Shown here piece after piece: positions 19,965-29,706 of a DNA stretch of 64,000 nt (position 1 is its first letter; each line of letters starts with the position of its first letter). Under the pieces are notes generated by a model, which was not told where the DNA came from, made no database searches, and was given only the letters and a program-made list of their open reading frames with translations. This DNA comes from an uncultured Desulfarculus sp. (GTDB lineage: Bacteria; Desulfobacterota; Desulfarculia; Desulfarculales; Desulfarculaceae): the NCBI GenBank assembly GCA_963665125.2, contig CAXXUK010000002.1:736001-800000 (forward strand), read 5' to 3'. A program made the translations under genes and the position numbers.

Positions 19965-20044
19965 ATTGCCTATCCCGGGGCTTGCCGGGGCGAGAACTGG
20001 TCAACTTGCGGTTGTGATTGGTTAATCAATCAATATCGTTCGGA

Positions 20045-20060
20045 TGGCACACTAACTGCA
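20045..20060 (+). promoter_or_regulatory. Sigma54 -24/-12 promoter 2
   Basis: TGGCACACTAACTGCA (GG-N10-GC). Confidence 0.78.
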
Positions 20061-20123
20061 CTTTGGCGGGACACACCCCAGTGAGATGATTCAATTCCAG
20101 AACATGGACAGGAGGACCAGATA

Positions 20124-20426
20124 ATGAAAAATACCCTTACCGCTATCCTGGCAATCGCCGTCCTGGCTTTGATGAGCACCACCGCCTTGGCCGGTTATCC
20201 CCTGAAAGTTTCCGCTTCGCCTTACAATGGTCAGATTGATGCCGCGCAGCCCGTGGGCGAGACCACCTCCGCCGTTGTATCCGACCAGTGGAACGTGCCT
20301 GTGGAGCACAAAGCCGATATCCAAAGCGGCGCCAAGGGTGTTGCAAACGCTGACCAGAGGCCTTACTACGACGCCATGCAAAACGAAGCCGACCATTGGA
20401 ATGTGCCAAAGGAGTTCACCAAGTAG
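20124..20426 (+). CDS. Small secreted protein with two DxWNVP motifs
   Basis: RBS AGGAGG; Sec signal ending ALA; DQWNVPVE and DHWNVPKE. Confidence 0.85.
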   Translation: MKNTLTAILAIAVLALMSTTALAGYPLKVSASPYNGQIDAAQPVGETTSAVVSDQWNVPVEHKADIQSGAKGVANADQRPYYDAMQNEADHWNVPKEFTK

Positions 20427-20464
20427 CTGGGGCATTGTCCGAAAATTAGTGTGAAACTCCGTTT

Positions 20465-20499
20465 AAGGGCGGCCGCCTTCCGGGTGGCCGCCTTGTTGT
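20465..20499 (+). terminator. Intrinsic terminator
   Basis: GGCGGCCGCC-TTCCG-GGTGGCCGCC followed by TTGTTGTT. Confidence 0.65.
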
Positions 20500-20688
20500 T
20501 GCCAATGGAGGAGGCCGGCCTTTACATTCCCCGACGCGACTGGTAATAAAATGTGTTCGCCCCAGTGCAGCTTGCTATAATTGAAAACTAAAATTCCGCT
20601 CGTTGGTTGCACATGGCCGGGGCGGTGATTATCTTCTTCAACGTTTCCGCTAACCACAAGGCGCGAAAGTGCGTCAAGAGGAAGCCAA

Positions 20689-21006
20689 ATGGCACGAGTT
20701 ACCATTGAAGACTGTCTGGAACGCGTTCCCAACCGTTTCGCCCTGGTTCACATGACCAGCCAGCGTGTCCGGCAACTCCGCGACGGCGCGGAGCCGATGG
20801 TCGAAAGCAAGAACAAGGAAGTCGTCCAGGCCCTGCGCGAGATCGCCTCAGGCGACATTTTCCCCATCAGCAAGCAGGAAGCGGAAGAAAGCCGCGCCAG
20901 GGCAGAAGCCATGGAGCGCGCGCGTCTGGCCCAGGCCAGCATAGCGGCCGCCCAACGCAACGACAGCGTATCTTTTGCTGATGATGAAGAAGACGACGGC
21001 GAATAA
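20689..21006 (+). CDS. rpoZ: RNA polymerase omega subunit
   Basis: [33 protein letters not shown]. Confidence 0.95.
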   Translation: MARVTIEDCLERVPNRFALVHMTSQRVRQLRDGAEPMVESKNKEVVQALREIASGDIFPISKQEAEESRARAEAMERARLAQASIAAAQRNDSVSFADDEEDDGE

Positions 21007-21065
21007 CCCGAGGTTTTGAAGCGGGCGCCCAAGCGGCGCCCCCATGATTGGCCGGGATTCCAGCA

Positions 21066-22199
21066 ATGAAAGAATGCTACTACGAAACCTTGCAGGTAAC
21101 GCGGGAGGCGTCAGGCGACGAGATCAAGACCGCTTACCGCAAAATGGCCATGAAATTCCATCCGGACCGCAATCCCGACAATCCCGAGGCCGAGGATAAA
21201 TTCAAGGCCTGCGCCGAGGCCTACGAGGTGCTCAGCGATCCGGAAAAACGCCAATTGTACGACACCTACGGCCATGACGGGCTCAAACGTTCGGGCTTTA
21301 ACGGTTTTCATGGCGGCGTTGAAGACATATTCAGCGCATTTGGCGACATTTTCGAGAATTTCTTTGGTTTCGGCGGACAAGGCCGCAGGCGTGGCGGGCC
21401 ACAAAGGGGCCATGACCTGCGCTACGATCTGGAATTGACCCTGGAAGAGGCCGCATTGGGCAAGGACGCCGAATTCACCGCCGGGCGCGAAGTGAGTTGC
21501 GAGGCCTGCGGCGGCGCTGGTTCGGCCGACGGCAGCCCGCCGCGCACCTGCCCCACATGCGGCGGGCACGGCCAGGTGATGCGCTCCCAGGGCTTTTTCC
21601 GGGTGGCCACCACCTGCCCCGAATGCCGGGGAACCGGCTCCATAGTCGATGATCCCTGCCCCCAATGCGGCGGTCGGGGCCTGGCCTACCAGGAGAAAAA
21701 ACTCTCGGTCAAAGTGCCGCCGGGCATTGACCACGGCCAGCGCTTGCGCATGCGCGGCGAAGGGGAGGGCGGCCTCCTGGGTGGCGAAGCCGGCGACCTT
21801 TTCGTGCAGGTGCACATCACTCCGCACAAGGTTTTCGAGCGCGACGGCCAGACCCTCTACCGCCAACTAGAGATATCGATGTTCCAAGCCGCCCTGGGCC
21901 GCACGGTCATGGTCGACACACTCATCGACGGGCCCCAGGAACTGAAGATCCCCGCCGGCGCCCAGACCGGCGACTACCTGCGTTTGAAGAACATGGGCCT
22001 GCCCAGCCTGCGCGACGGCCGCCGTGGCGATATGGTCGTGCAGTTGAAGGTGTTGACACCCACCAAGCTGAGCAAACGCCAGAAAGAGCTTCTGGAAGAG
22101 GCCGCGGCCTTGGGCGATAAAAAGGCCGCCGAGGTGCCGGAAACCGAGGACGAGGAGGGAAACGGCCGTAAAAAGCGCAGACTCTTCGGACTGCACTGA
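21066..22199 (+). CDS. dnaJ: Chaperone DnaJ
   Basis: J domain with HPD, G/F region, four CxxCxGxG repeats. Confidence 0.97.
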   Translation: MKECYYETLQVTREASGDEIKTAYRKMAMKFHPDRNPDNPEAEDKFKACAEAYEVLSDPEKRQLYDTYGHDGLKRSGFNGFHGGVEDIFSAFGDIFENFFGFGGQGRRRGGPQRGHDLRYDLELTLEEAALGKDAEFTAGREVSCEACGGAGSADGSPPRTCPTCGGHGQVMRSQGFFRVATTCPECRGTGSIVDDPCPQCGGRGLAYQEKKLSVKVPPGIDHGQRLRMRGEGEGGLLGGEAGDLFVQVHITPHKVFERDGQTLYRQLEISMFQAALGRTVMVDTLIDGPQELKIPAGAQTGDYLRLKNMGLPSLRDGRRGDMVVQLKVLTPTKLSKRQKELLEEAAALGDKKAAEVPETEDEEGNGRKKRRLFGLH

Positions 22200-22222
22200 C
22201 CGGTCGCTTCGAAAGGGGTTGC

Positions 22223-22690
22223 ATGAGTCTGAGCCATTTGGATGAACGAGGCCGGGCCCATATGGTGGATGTCGGCGGCAAGGAGCACACCAGGCGGGTG
22301 GCCCGGGCCGTGGCCAAAATCGATCTGTTGCCCCAAACCCTGGAATTGTTGACTTCCGGCGGCCTGCCCAAGGGCGACGCTCTGGCCGTGGCCAGGGTGG
22401 CGGGAATCATGGCCGCCAAGCGCACGCCGGAATTGATACCGCTTTGCCACCCTTTGCCCATCACATCAGTTACAATTGATATTGAGCTGGGCGAAGACTC
22501 GGCCGTTATCGAGGCAACGGCATCCACCACCGCACAGACCGGTGTGGAGATGGAGGCCATGACCGCCGCGTCGGTGGCCGCCCTGGCCCTGTACGACATG
22601 GTCAAGGGCGTGGACAAGGGCGCCTGCATCTCCCAGATCCGCCTGGAGGAAAAATCGGGCGGCAAAAGCGGCCACTGGATGCGCAAATAA
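22223..22690 (+). CDS. moaC: Cyclic pyranopterin monophosphate synthase
   Basis: LSHLD..AHMVDV, LIPLCHP, TGVEMEA, YDMVK, KSGGKSG. Confidence 0.96.
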   Translation: MSLSHLDERGRAHMVDVGGKEHTRRVARAVAKIDLLPQTLELLTSGGLPKGDALAVARVAGIMAAKRTPELIPLCHPLPITSVTIDIELGEDSAVIEATASTTAQTGVEMEAMTAASVAALALYDMVKGVDKGACISQIRLEEKSGGKSGHWMRK

Positions 22691-22775
22691 AGGCCCGATC
22701 TTCTTTACACAACAGCTGTGGCATGTTAAAGTGCCTGCCTATATTTCGCCTGCACCCATATAGTGAGGTGGCCGG

Positions 22776-23138
22776 ATGGATGAAAAGCAACTTCAGTATT
22801 TCAAGGACCTGCTCGAGGAGCGCCTCGGCGAACTGAGGCGTGAAGCCGAAAGCACGGTTTCGGGCATGACTGACGATAAAGTCAATCTGCCGGACCCCAC
22901 CGACCGGGCCGCCTTGGAATCCGACCGCAACTTCCTTTTGCGCATTCGCGACCGTGAGCGCAAGCTCATGAACAAGATCGAGGAAGCCATTCAGCGAATA
23001 GAGGACGGCGAATACGGTATCTGCGAGTCATGCGGCGAAGATATCAGCTTCGAACGCCTGGAGGCCCGTCCCGTCACGACCCTGTGCATCGAGTGCAAAA
23101 AGAAGCAAGAGGCGGGCGAAAAGGTTCGCGGCTCCTAA
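22776..23138 (+). CDS. dksA: RNA polymerase-binding protein DksA
   Basis: DPTDRA, RIRDRERKL, YGICESCG..RLEARP..LCIECK. Confidence 0.95.
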   Translation: MDEKQLQYFKDLLEERLGELRREAESTVSGMTDDKVNLPDPTDRAALESDRNFLLRIRDRERKLMNKIEEAIQRIEDGEYGICESCGEDISFERLEARPVTTLCIECKKKQEAGEKVRGS

Positions 23139-23267
23139 ACAGGGGCCGCAGACCGGCACGATTCCGGACTTCAGCCTTTGCACATCACCGCTTAATTCAA
23201 TATAATTCTGCCAGCGTCCCTAACGGACCGGGCAAGTCAACGCTATCGCTGCAGAGCAGGCTGGTAA

Positions 23268-24665
23268 ATGTTTGAAAAGCGGCTCCGGTTTTTCCGATCC
23301 ATACTGTTTCTGACAGACCTCGGCATTGTCGCCGTCTGCTGGATAGCCGCATATTTCTGGCGGTTTTACATTCCGTTGGTTCCCGTCACCAAGGGCATTC
23401 CCGAACTGACCCTGTATCTGACGCTGTTGTTTTTGGTCCTGGCCGTTTTCGCCGTGGCCTTGCCCGCCTCGGGCCTGTACCGGCGGCCCTGGGCCACCGT
23501 CAGCCAGATGTGGTGGCCGGCCCTGCGCGGCACCACCACCGGCGTTATCTTCGCCATTACCCTGACTTATTTCCTGCGGCCTTATGACTTCAGCCGCCTG
23601 GTCTTCGCCCAGTTTTATTTGCTGGTAGTCGTGTCGCTGCTGGTTGCCCGGCCGCTGGTCCACCTGGTTCTTAAAAAGATATACAGCGAGCGGGTTGGAG
23701 AGGGCGTGCTGATTATCGGCGCCGAGGAATTGGGCCGCCAGGTCGCGGCCAATATCCGCAAGCATCCCGAATTGGGCATGCGCCTGATGGGCTTTTTAAG
23801 CCGCCGGGAGGACATGCTGGGCGGCATGGTAGACGGCCTGCCGGTCATCGGCGGCTACGGCAGTCTCAAGACCATCATCAACGACATGCATCCCCAGGTG
23901 ATCATCATCGCCCTGCCCCTGGAGGCCCACCAGCGAATCCACGAAATACTGGAACAGGTCGACGACGAGATCGTCGACATCAAGATAGTGCCCGACCTGT
24001 ACCGCTTCATGAAGCTGCGGGGCTCGGTGGAGGAGTTCGAGGGCATGCCCATCATCGGTCTGTCCGGCAGCCCCCTGGAGGGCTGGAACCGGGTGGCCAA
24101 ACGCGTGGTGGACATCTTCGGCTCCCTTTTCGGGATCCTGTTTTTCGCCCCCGTGATGCTGATGACGGCCATGGGCGTCAAGCTCAGCAGCCCCGGCCCG
24201 GTTCTCTACCGCCAGGTGCGCATGGGCATGGACGGCCGCACCTTCAACATGCTCAAGTTCCGCTCCATGCCCGTGGACGCCGAGGAGGAATGCGGCCCGG
24301 TCTGGGCCTGCGAGGACGACGCCAGGCCCACCCGCTTCGGCGCCTTTATCCGCAAGTATTCCCTGGACGAGACGCCACAGTTTTTCAATGTCCTGCGGGG
24401 CGAGATGTCACTGGTGGGGCCCCGGCCCGAGCGGCCGGAACTGATCCAGGAATTCCGCAAGAACATCCCGGGCTATATGCTCCGGCACCACACCAAGGCC
24501 GGCATAACCGGCTGGGCCCAGATCAACGGCTGGCGGGGCAACACCTCCCTGGAGCGGCGCATCGAGCACGACCTGTACTACATTGAAAACTGGTCCCTGT
24601 GGTTTGACGTGCGCATCATGCTGGCCACGGCGGGCAAGGTTTTTTCCGACCCCAACGCCTATTGA
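23268..24665 (+). CDS. Undecaprenyl-phosphate glucose phosphotransferase (WcaJ-like)
   Basis: N-terminal TMs, KRVVDI, KFRSM, SLDETPQFFNVLRGEMSLVGPRPER, GITGWAQING. Confidence 0.92.
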   Translation: MFEKRLRFFRSILFLTDLGIVAVCWIAAYFWRFYIPLVPVTKGIPELTLYLTLLFLVLAVFAVALPASGLYRRPWATVSQMWWPALRGTTTGVIFAITLTYFLRPYDFSRLVFAQFYLLVVVSLLVARPLVHLVLKKIYSERVGEGVLIIGAEELGRQVAANIRKHPELGMRLMGFLSRREDMLGGMVDGLPVIGGYGSLKTIINDMHPQVIIIALPLEAHQRIHEILEQVDDEIVDIKIVPDLYRFMKLRGSVEEFEGMPIIGLSGSPLEGWNRVAKRVVDIFGSLFGILFFAPVMLMTAMGVKLSSPGPVLYRQVRMGMDGRTFNMLKFRSMPVDAEEECGPVWACEDDARPTRFGAFIRKYSLDETPQFFNVLRGEMSLVGPRPERPELIQEFRKNIPGYMLRHHTKAGITGWAQINGWRGNTSLERRIEHDLYYIENWSLWFDVRIMLATAGKVFSDPNAY

Positions 24666-24772
24666 CAACCAATTGTGCAGACTAGATGTTTTGACTTTTC
24701 GGGTGGTTTGAGGGTATCTTTGCCCAGGCCGCCCAAGAGGCGCGATAGACTGTTATTCAACGAGCGGAATAC

Positions 24773-26017
24773 ATGAGCCAACAACAGGCCATAGAGGTCC
24801 AGGGCCTCGTCAAACGCTTTCGGCGCGAGATGCTTCAGCAGAACTACACCACGTGGAAGTCGCTGATGTTAAATCCTTTCAGGCCCCGGCAGAAAAAGGA
24901 CTTCATCACGGTGTTGGGCGGCATCGGCCTCAGCGTCGCTCCGGGCCGGACCCTGGCGGTGATCGGCCAGAACGGCTCGGGCAAGTCCACGCTTTTAAAG
25001 ATCCTGGCCGGTATCTACAAGGCAGACGAGGGCCTGGTTAAGGTCAACGGCCGGGTGGCCAGCCTCATCGAACTGGGCGCGGGCTTCCATCCCGAGTTTT
25101 CCGGCCGGGAGAATGTCTTTCTCAACGGCGCCATCCTGGGTCTGAGCAAAAAAGAAATCACCGAGCGCTTTGACGACATCGCCGCCTACAGCGGCCTGGG
25201 CGAATACATCGACGCGCCGGTGCGCACCTATTCCTCGGGTATGTACGTGCGCCTGGGCTTTTCCGTGGCCGTCAACGTGGACCCTGACGTGCTTCTGGTC
25301 GACGAGGTCTTGGCCGTGGGCGACGAGGCCTTCGCCAACAAGTGCGAAGACAAGATCAACCAGTTCCGCCGCCGGGGCAAGACCATCGTCCTGGTGACCC
25401 ACGACCTGGAGGCGGTCAAGAAATACGCCGACGAGGTGATCTGGCTCGACGGCGGCCAGGTGGCGGCCCAGGGCCCGGCCTTGCAGGTCATCGACGCCTA
25501 CCGCCAGAAGGTGGCCCAGGAGGAAGACTCCATCCGCCGGGCCCAGGCCCACATGCCGTCCATGGTTCTGGACCAGGAGCGCTGGGGCGACGGCGACGCC
25601 GAGATCACCGCCTGGCGCATCCTGGACGTCGAGGGCAAGGAACGGGCCGTGTTCCACAGCGGCGACGAGTTCAGCATCGAGCTTGACTACCAAGCCAAAC
25701 AGCCCCTGCCGGACATCGTCTGCGGGGTGGGCATCTTCAACGCCCAGTCAACTCTGTGCTACGGCAGCAACACCAAGATCGACCGCCAGGTTTACACGAA
25801 TCCGCCGTCCCAAGGCACCCTGCGTTTCACGGCCCAGCGCCTGGATCTGGTGCAGGGCACCTATTTCCTGGATATCGCCATCCACGACAAGGATGGCCGC
25901 GACATCGATTATATCCGCCAGGCCGCCTCGTTCGCCATGCGCAGCAAGACCAACGACGAAGGCGTGTTCCGACCGCCCCATACCTGGAGCCTCAGACCTC
26001 TGGAAGAGAGCAAATGA
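24773..26017 (+). CDS. wzt: Wzt-type polysaccharide ABC exporter ATPase with C-terminal carbohydrate-binding domain
   Basis: GQNGSGKST, ELGAGFHPE, YSSGMYVRLGF, DEVLAVGD, RWGDG-initiated C-terminal domain. Confidence 0.92.
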   Translation: MSQQQAIEVQGLVKRFRREMLQQNYTTWKSLMLNPFRPRQKKDFITVLGGIGLSVAPGRTLAVIGQNGSGKSTLLKILAGIYKADEGLVKVNGRVASLIELGAGFHPEFSGRENVFLNGAILGLSKKEITERFDDIAAYSGLGEYIDAPVRTYSSGMYVRLGFSVAVNVDPDVLLVDEVLAVGDEAFANKCEDKINQFRRRGKTIVLVTHDLEAVKKYADEVIWLDGGQVAAQGPALQVIDAYRQKVAQEEDSIRRAQAHMPSMVLDQERWGDGDAEITAWRILDVEGKERAVFHSGDEFSIELDYQAKQPLPDIVCGVGIFNAQSTLCYGSNTKIDRQVYTNPPSQGTLRFTAQRLDLVQGTYFLDIAIHDKDGRDIDYIRQAASFAMRSKTNDEGVFRPPHTWSLRPLEESK

Positions 26018-27351
26018 GCGACGATCAAAACAGTAATGCCCCTGACGTGAAAAAGCTGCTGGCCCAAGTGGACGCGGCCGTGCAGGAAAAAAAGGCAGCC
26101 GGGCTCTATGATCCGGCCGAGGTGCGCAAGGTGGAGCAGGCCGTGGCCAGCTTTCAGCAGTCGGCCGAGGCCGGTTCCGCCGCCGAGCTGAACCTGTGGC
26201 AAAAGACGCTCATCGAACTGGTCAACCCAACGGACTGGGGCGTGGAGACCCACCGCGGCGGCCCGGCGGGCAAGGCCATCGTCACGGTCAAAAAAATCAT
26301 CTACAAGGCCAGCAAGTTTTTTCTCAATGTCTGGCTGGCCACCCAGGTCAAATATAACGCCGCCTTGATCCGCCTGACCGGCGTGATCATCCCCCAGCAT
26401 ATCGACATGCGCATGCGCCTGCCCCAGGCCGAACAGCGCATCGAGCTTTTGGAAGACCTGTGCCGCGACCTTACCGCGGGCCTGCGCAACGTACGCGAGG
26501 CCGAGGCCCGGCTGGGAGCCCTGGAGCGCCAGGCCTTCGGCGGCCGGGAGCAGATCGAGCCCCTGTTGGCCCAGTTGGAGCGTATGGCCGCGGCCCTGGC
26601 CGAAAAAGGCCGGTTGCCCGCCGACGCGGCCGAACAACTGGGCGCCGTGCGGGAGGCCGCCAGGGACCAAGCCTATCTGGACTTCGAAGACATCCACCGG
26701 GGTACGCCCGAGGAGATCAAGGCCCGCCAAAAGGTCTATCTGCCGTTTTTTAAACAAAGCGTCACGGCCGATAAACCGCTGCTGGACATCGGCTGCGGGC
26801 GGGGCGAATTCCTGGCCGCGGCGGGGGAGGTCGGGCTGGCGGCCAAGGGCGTGGACCTCAACGCCCAGAGCGTGGCCCAGGCCAAAAAACAGGGCCTGGA
26901 CGCCGACGCCACCGACGCCATCGAATACCTGCGCTCCGTGGCCGACGGCAGCCTTGGCGGCATCCTCATGGCCCAGGTCATCGAGCACCTGAGCCTGGAT
27001 CAGCTCATGGAGCTGTTGGGCCTTTGCTCGGCCAAGCTGGCCCAGGGCGGCTGGCTCATCGCCGAGACGGTGAACCCCCAGTGCCTGAGCACCTTCAGCA
27101 GCGCGTTCTATCTGGACCTGACCCACAATAAGCCCATTCACCCCGAGGCCGCCCGCTTCCTGTGGCGCAGGCTGGGCCTGGACGAGGTGGAGGTGCTGCA
27201 CCTGTCGGATATGCCGCCGGACCACAAACTGGAGCTGGTGGACGACCATGCCGACGGGGCCAGCCTGGAGGCCTCGTTCAACCGCAACATGCAGCGGCTG
27301 AACCAGCTTTTGTATTCCTATCAGGACTACGCCGTGGTGGGGCGCAAGTAA
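26014..27351 (+). CDS. Coiled-coil plus class I SAM methyltransferase (glycan chain-capping type)
   Basis: YLDFEDIHRG, LDIGCGRGEF, QVIEHL, ETVNP, DLTH; start MSDDQ at 26014 overlaps the wzt stop. Confidence 0.85.
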   Translation: MSDDQNSNAPDVKKLLAQVDAAVQEKKAAGLYDPAEVRKVEQAVASFQQSAEAGSAAELNLWQKTLIELVNPTDWGVETHRGGPAGKAIVTVKKIIYKASKFFLNVWLATQVKYNAALIRLTGVIIPQHIDMRMRLPQAEQRIELLEDLCRDLTAGLRNVREAEARLGALERQAFGGREQIEPLLAQLERMAAALAEKGRLPADAAEQLGAVREAARDQAYLDFEDIHRGTPEEIKARQKVYLPFFKQSVTADKPLLDIGCGRGEFLAAAGEVGLAAKGVDLNAQSVAQAKKQGLDADATDAIEYLRSVADGSLGGILMAQVIEHLSLDQLMELLGLCSAKLAQGGWLIAETVNPQCLSTFSSAFYLDLTHNKPIHPEAARFLWRRLGLDEVEVLHLSDMPPDHKLELVDDHADGASLEASFNRNMQRLNQLLYSYQDYAVVGRK

Positions 27352-27354
27352 GCC

Positions 27355-29706
27355 ATGGGCCCCAAAGCGCCAAAAGGCCTGCGGGCCACTTTCGTAACGC
27401 CGTGGTACGGCAAGGGCATCCCCGGCGGAGCCGAGGCCGAGGCCCGGCGCACGGCCCAGAACCTGGCCCAGGCCGGGGTGGACGTGAGCGTGTTGACCAC
27501 CTGCCTGGCCGGGCTGGGCTCGGACTGGGACCACGACACCCTGCCGCCGGGCGAAAGCGTCGAGGACGGCGTGCGGGTGCGGCGCTTTCCCACCGCGCCC
27601 CGGGACGCCGACGCCTTCAACAAGCTCAACCAGCGGGTCATGGCCGCCCATTTCCTGACCCGCCACGAAGAGCGCAAATTCTTCGAGAACATGATCAACA
27701 GCCCCGAGCTGTTCAGCTATATGGCCGCCCACCCCGAGGAGGGGCCGTTCTTTTTCATCCCCTACCTCTTCACCACCTCGGTGTGGGGTCCGTTGATCCA
27801 CCCGTCCAAGAGCGTGATCATTCCCTGCCTGCATGACGAGGGCTACGCCCGCACGGCCAGCGTGCGCCGGGCCTTCGAGTCGGCCAGGGCCGTGGTTTTC
27901 CATGTGCCTGCCGAGAAGAACCTGGCCGCCGGGCTCTATGACCTGAACCTGACCGAACCGCTGGTCCTGGGCGAGGGCATCGAGATGGACTGGCGGGCCG
28001 ACGGGGCGCGCTTCAAGGGAAAATACGGCATCGACCGGTTTGTGCTCTACGCCGGGCGCAAGGACGCGGGCAAGAACGTGCCGCTGTTGATCCACTATTT
28101 CATGCGTTACTGCCAGGAGACCGGCGACGACAACCTCAAGCTGGTGATGATCGGCAACCTGGACGCGCCAATCCCGCCGGGCGGCGAGAAATACTGCCTG
28201 GACTTGGGCTTCGTGCCGATCCAGGACAAATACGACGCCTACGCCGCCGCCGATGTGCTGGTACAGCCTTCGATCATGGAGAGCTTCTCCATCGTGATCA
28301 TGGAGGCCTGGCTGGCCGATACGCCGGTGATGGTCCACGGCGACTGCGCCGTGACCCGGGACCACGTGGAATTCAGCGGAGGGGGCCTGCATTTCCGGGA
28401 CTACCCCCACTTTGCCGAATGCCTGGGCCTGCTGTTGGGCGACGACGCCCTGCGGGCCGAGATGGCCGCGGCGGGCAAACGCTACGTGATCAACAACTTC
28501 TCCTGGCCCGAGGTCACCGAGCGCTACATCGGCCTGCTGGAGCGGCTCTGCGCCGAGCCCGTGCCCGAGCCCGTCAAATGGCGCGGGCCCCTGGAGCGCA
28601 AGGTCATCGTCAACCAGGGCGGGCCCAAGGTCCACCAGATGCTGCCGGACTTTTCCTTTGGCGACGCCATCGGCTCGGACGTGCTGGCCATCCGCAAGGC
28701 CCTGCGCTCCTGGGGGGCCCAGAGCGACATCTTCGCCATCAACGTGCACCAGCGGGTGGCCGGTTATTCCCGGCCCATTGACGAATACATCGCCGAGGCC
28801 AAGTCCGACGACGTTTTGATCTTCCACTTTTCCATCGGTCACGAGCTTGCCGACGAGTTGCTCAATTTCCCCGGCCGCAAGGTGCTGCGCTATCACAACA
28901 TCACCCCGGCCCATTTCCTGGACAAGCTCAACCCGGAGTCGGCGGCACGCTGCCGCCTGGGCCGCCGCCAGCTGGAGCGCATTGCCCCGGCCATGGAACT
29001 GGGCCTGGGCGTAAGCCCATACAACTGCGTGGAACTGGACGAGGCGGGCTGCCCCATGACCGAGGTCTCGCCGATCCTACTGGACCTGGATGTCTTGAAT
29101 ACGCCGCCGGACAGCCTGATCATGGACCGCTTCGAGGACAAACGCCGCAATGTGCTGCATGTGGGCCGCATCGTGCCCAACAAATGCATCGAGGATTTGA
29201 TCAAGGTGCAATACTGGCTGGCCAAGCTGCTGCCGGGCACCCGCCTGCTCATCGTGGGCGCCGACGGCGGGGCCAAGCCCTATTCCTGGGCCCTGCGCCG
29301 GATGACCAGCGAGTTGCAGGTGCCCGACGTACATTTCTCCGGGCATGTCAGCTTCCAGGCCCTGATGGGCTATTACCGGGTCTCGGACCTGTACCTGTGC
29401 CAGAGCGAGCATGAGGGCTTCTGCGTGCCCCTGGTGGAGTCCATGCACTTCGGCCTGCCCATCGTGGCCCACTCGGCCGCCGGAGTGCCGGGAACCCTGG
29501 CCCACGGCGGGGTGCTGTTGGAGCACAAGGACCCCCTGCGCACGGCGGAGACCGTGGCCGAAGTACTCACGGACGCCAAGCTGGAGGCGGATCTGAGAAA
29601 CGCGGCCCAAGACCGGCTGGAGCGCTTCCGGCCCCATCGCGTGGCCGAGGAACTGCGCCAGATTCTGGTGCAGCGCCTGGGCGTCAAGCTGGAGGCGGCC
29701 CAATGA
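27355..29706 (+). CDS. Two-domain GT4 glycosyltransferase
   Basis: GGAE, ESFSIVIMEAW; second domain GDAIG, YHNITP, SEHEGFCVPLVESM. Confidence 0.9.
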   Translation: MGPKAPKGLRATFVTPWYGKGIPGGAEAEARRTAQNLAQAGVDVSVLTTCLAGLGSDWDHDTLPPGESVEDGVRVRRFPTAPRDADAFNKLNQRVMAAHFLTRHEERKFFENMINSPELFSYMAAHPEEGPFFFIPYLFTTSVWGPLIHPSKSVIIPCLHDEGYARTASVRRAFESARAVVFHVPAEKNLAAGLYDLNLTEPLVLGEGIEMDWRADGARFKGKYGIDRFVLYAGRKDAGKNVPLLIHYFMRYCQETGDDNLKLVMIGNLDAPIPPGGEKYCLDLGFVPIQDKYDAYAAADVLVQPSIMESFSIVIMEAWLADTPVMVHGDCAVTRDHVEFSGGGLHFRDYPHFAECLGLLLGDDALRAEMAAAGKRYVINNFSWPEVTERYIGLLERLCAEPVPEPVKWRGPLERKVIVNQGGPKVHQMLPDFSFGDAIGSDVLAIRKALRSWGAQSDIFAINVHQRVAGYSRPIDEYIAEAKSDDVLIFHFSIGHELADELLNFPGRKVLRYHNITPAHFLDKLNPESAARCRLGRRQLERIAPAMELGLGVSPYNCVELDEAGCPMTEVSPILLDLDVLNTPPDSLIMDRFEDKRRNVLHVGRIVPNKCIEDLIKVQYWLAKLLPGTRLLIVGADGGAKPYSWALRRMTSELQVPDVHFSGHVSFQALMGYYRVSDLYLCQSEHEGFCVPLVESMHFGLPIVAHSAAGVPGTLAHGGVLLEHKDPLRTAETVAEVLTDAKLEADLRNAAQDRLERFRPHRVAEELRQILVQRLGVKLEAAQ

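Noticed and set aside
19753..20025. 90-aa ORF and overlapping minus-strand ORFs in 19375-19928
   Set aside because: They cross the terminator and activator sites, and have no good RBS or recognisable motifs.
22719..22736. TGGCATG...TGC upstream of dksA as a sigma54 promoter
   Set aside because: GG-to-GC spacing is 11, not the required 10.
25909..28914. 1001-aa minus-strand ORF, and similar long antisense ORFs such as 41752-43719 and 14383-15660
   Set aside because: Shadow frames opposite clear genes; expected from high-GC codon bias and lacking motifs.
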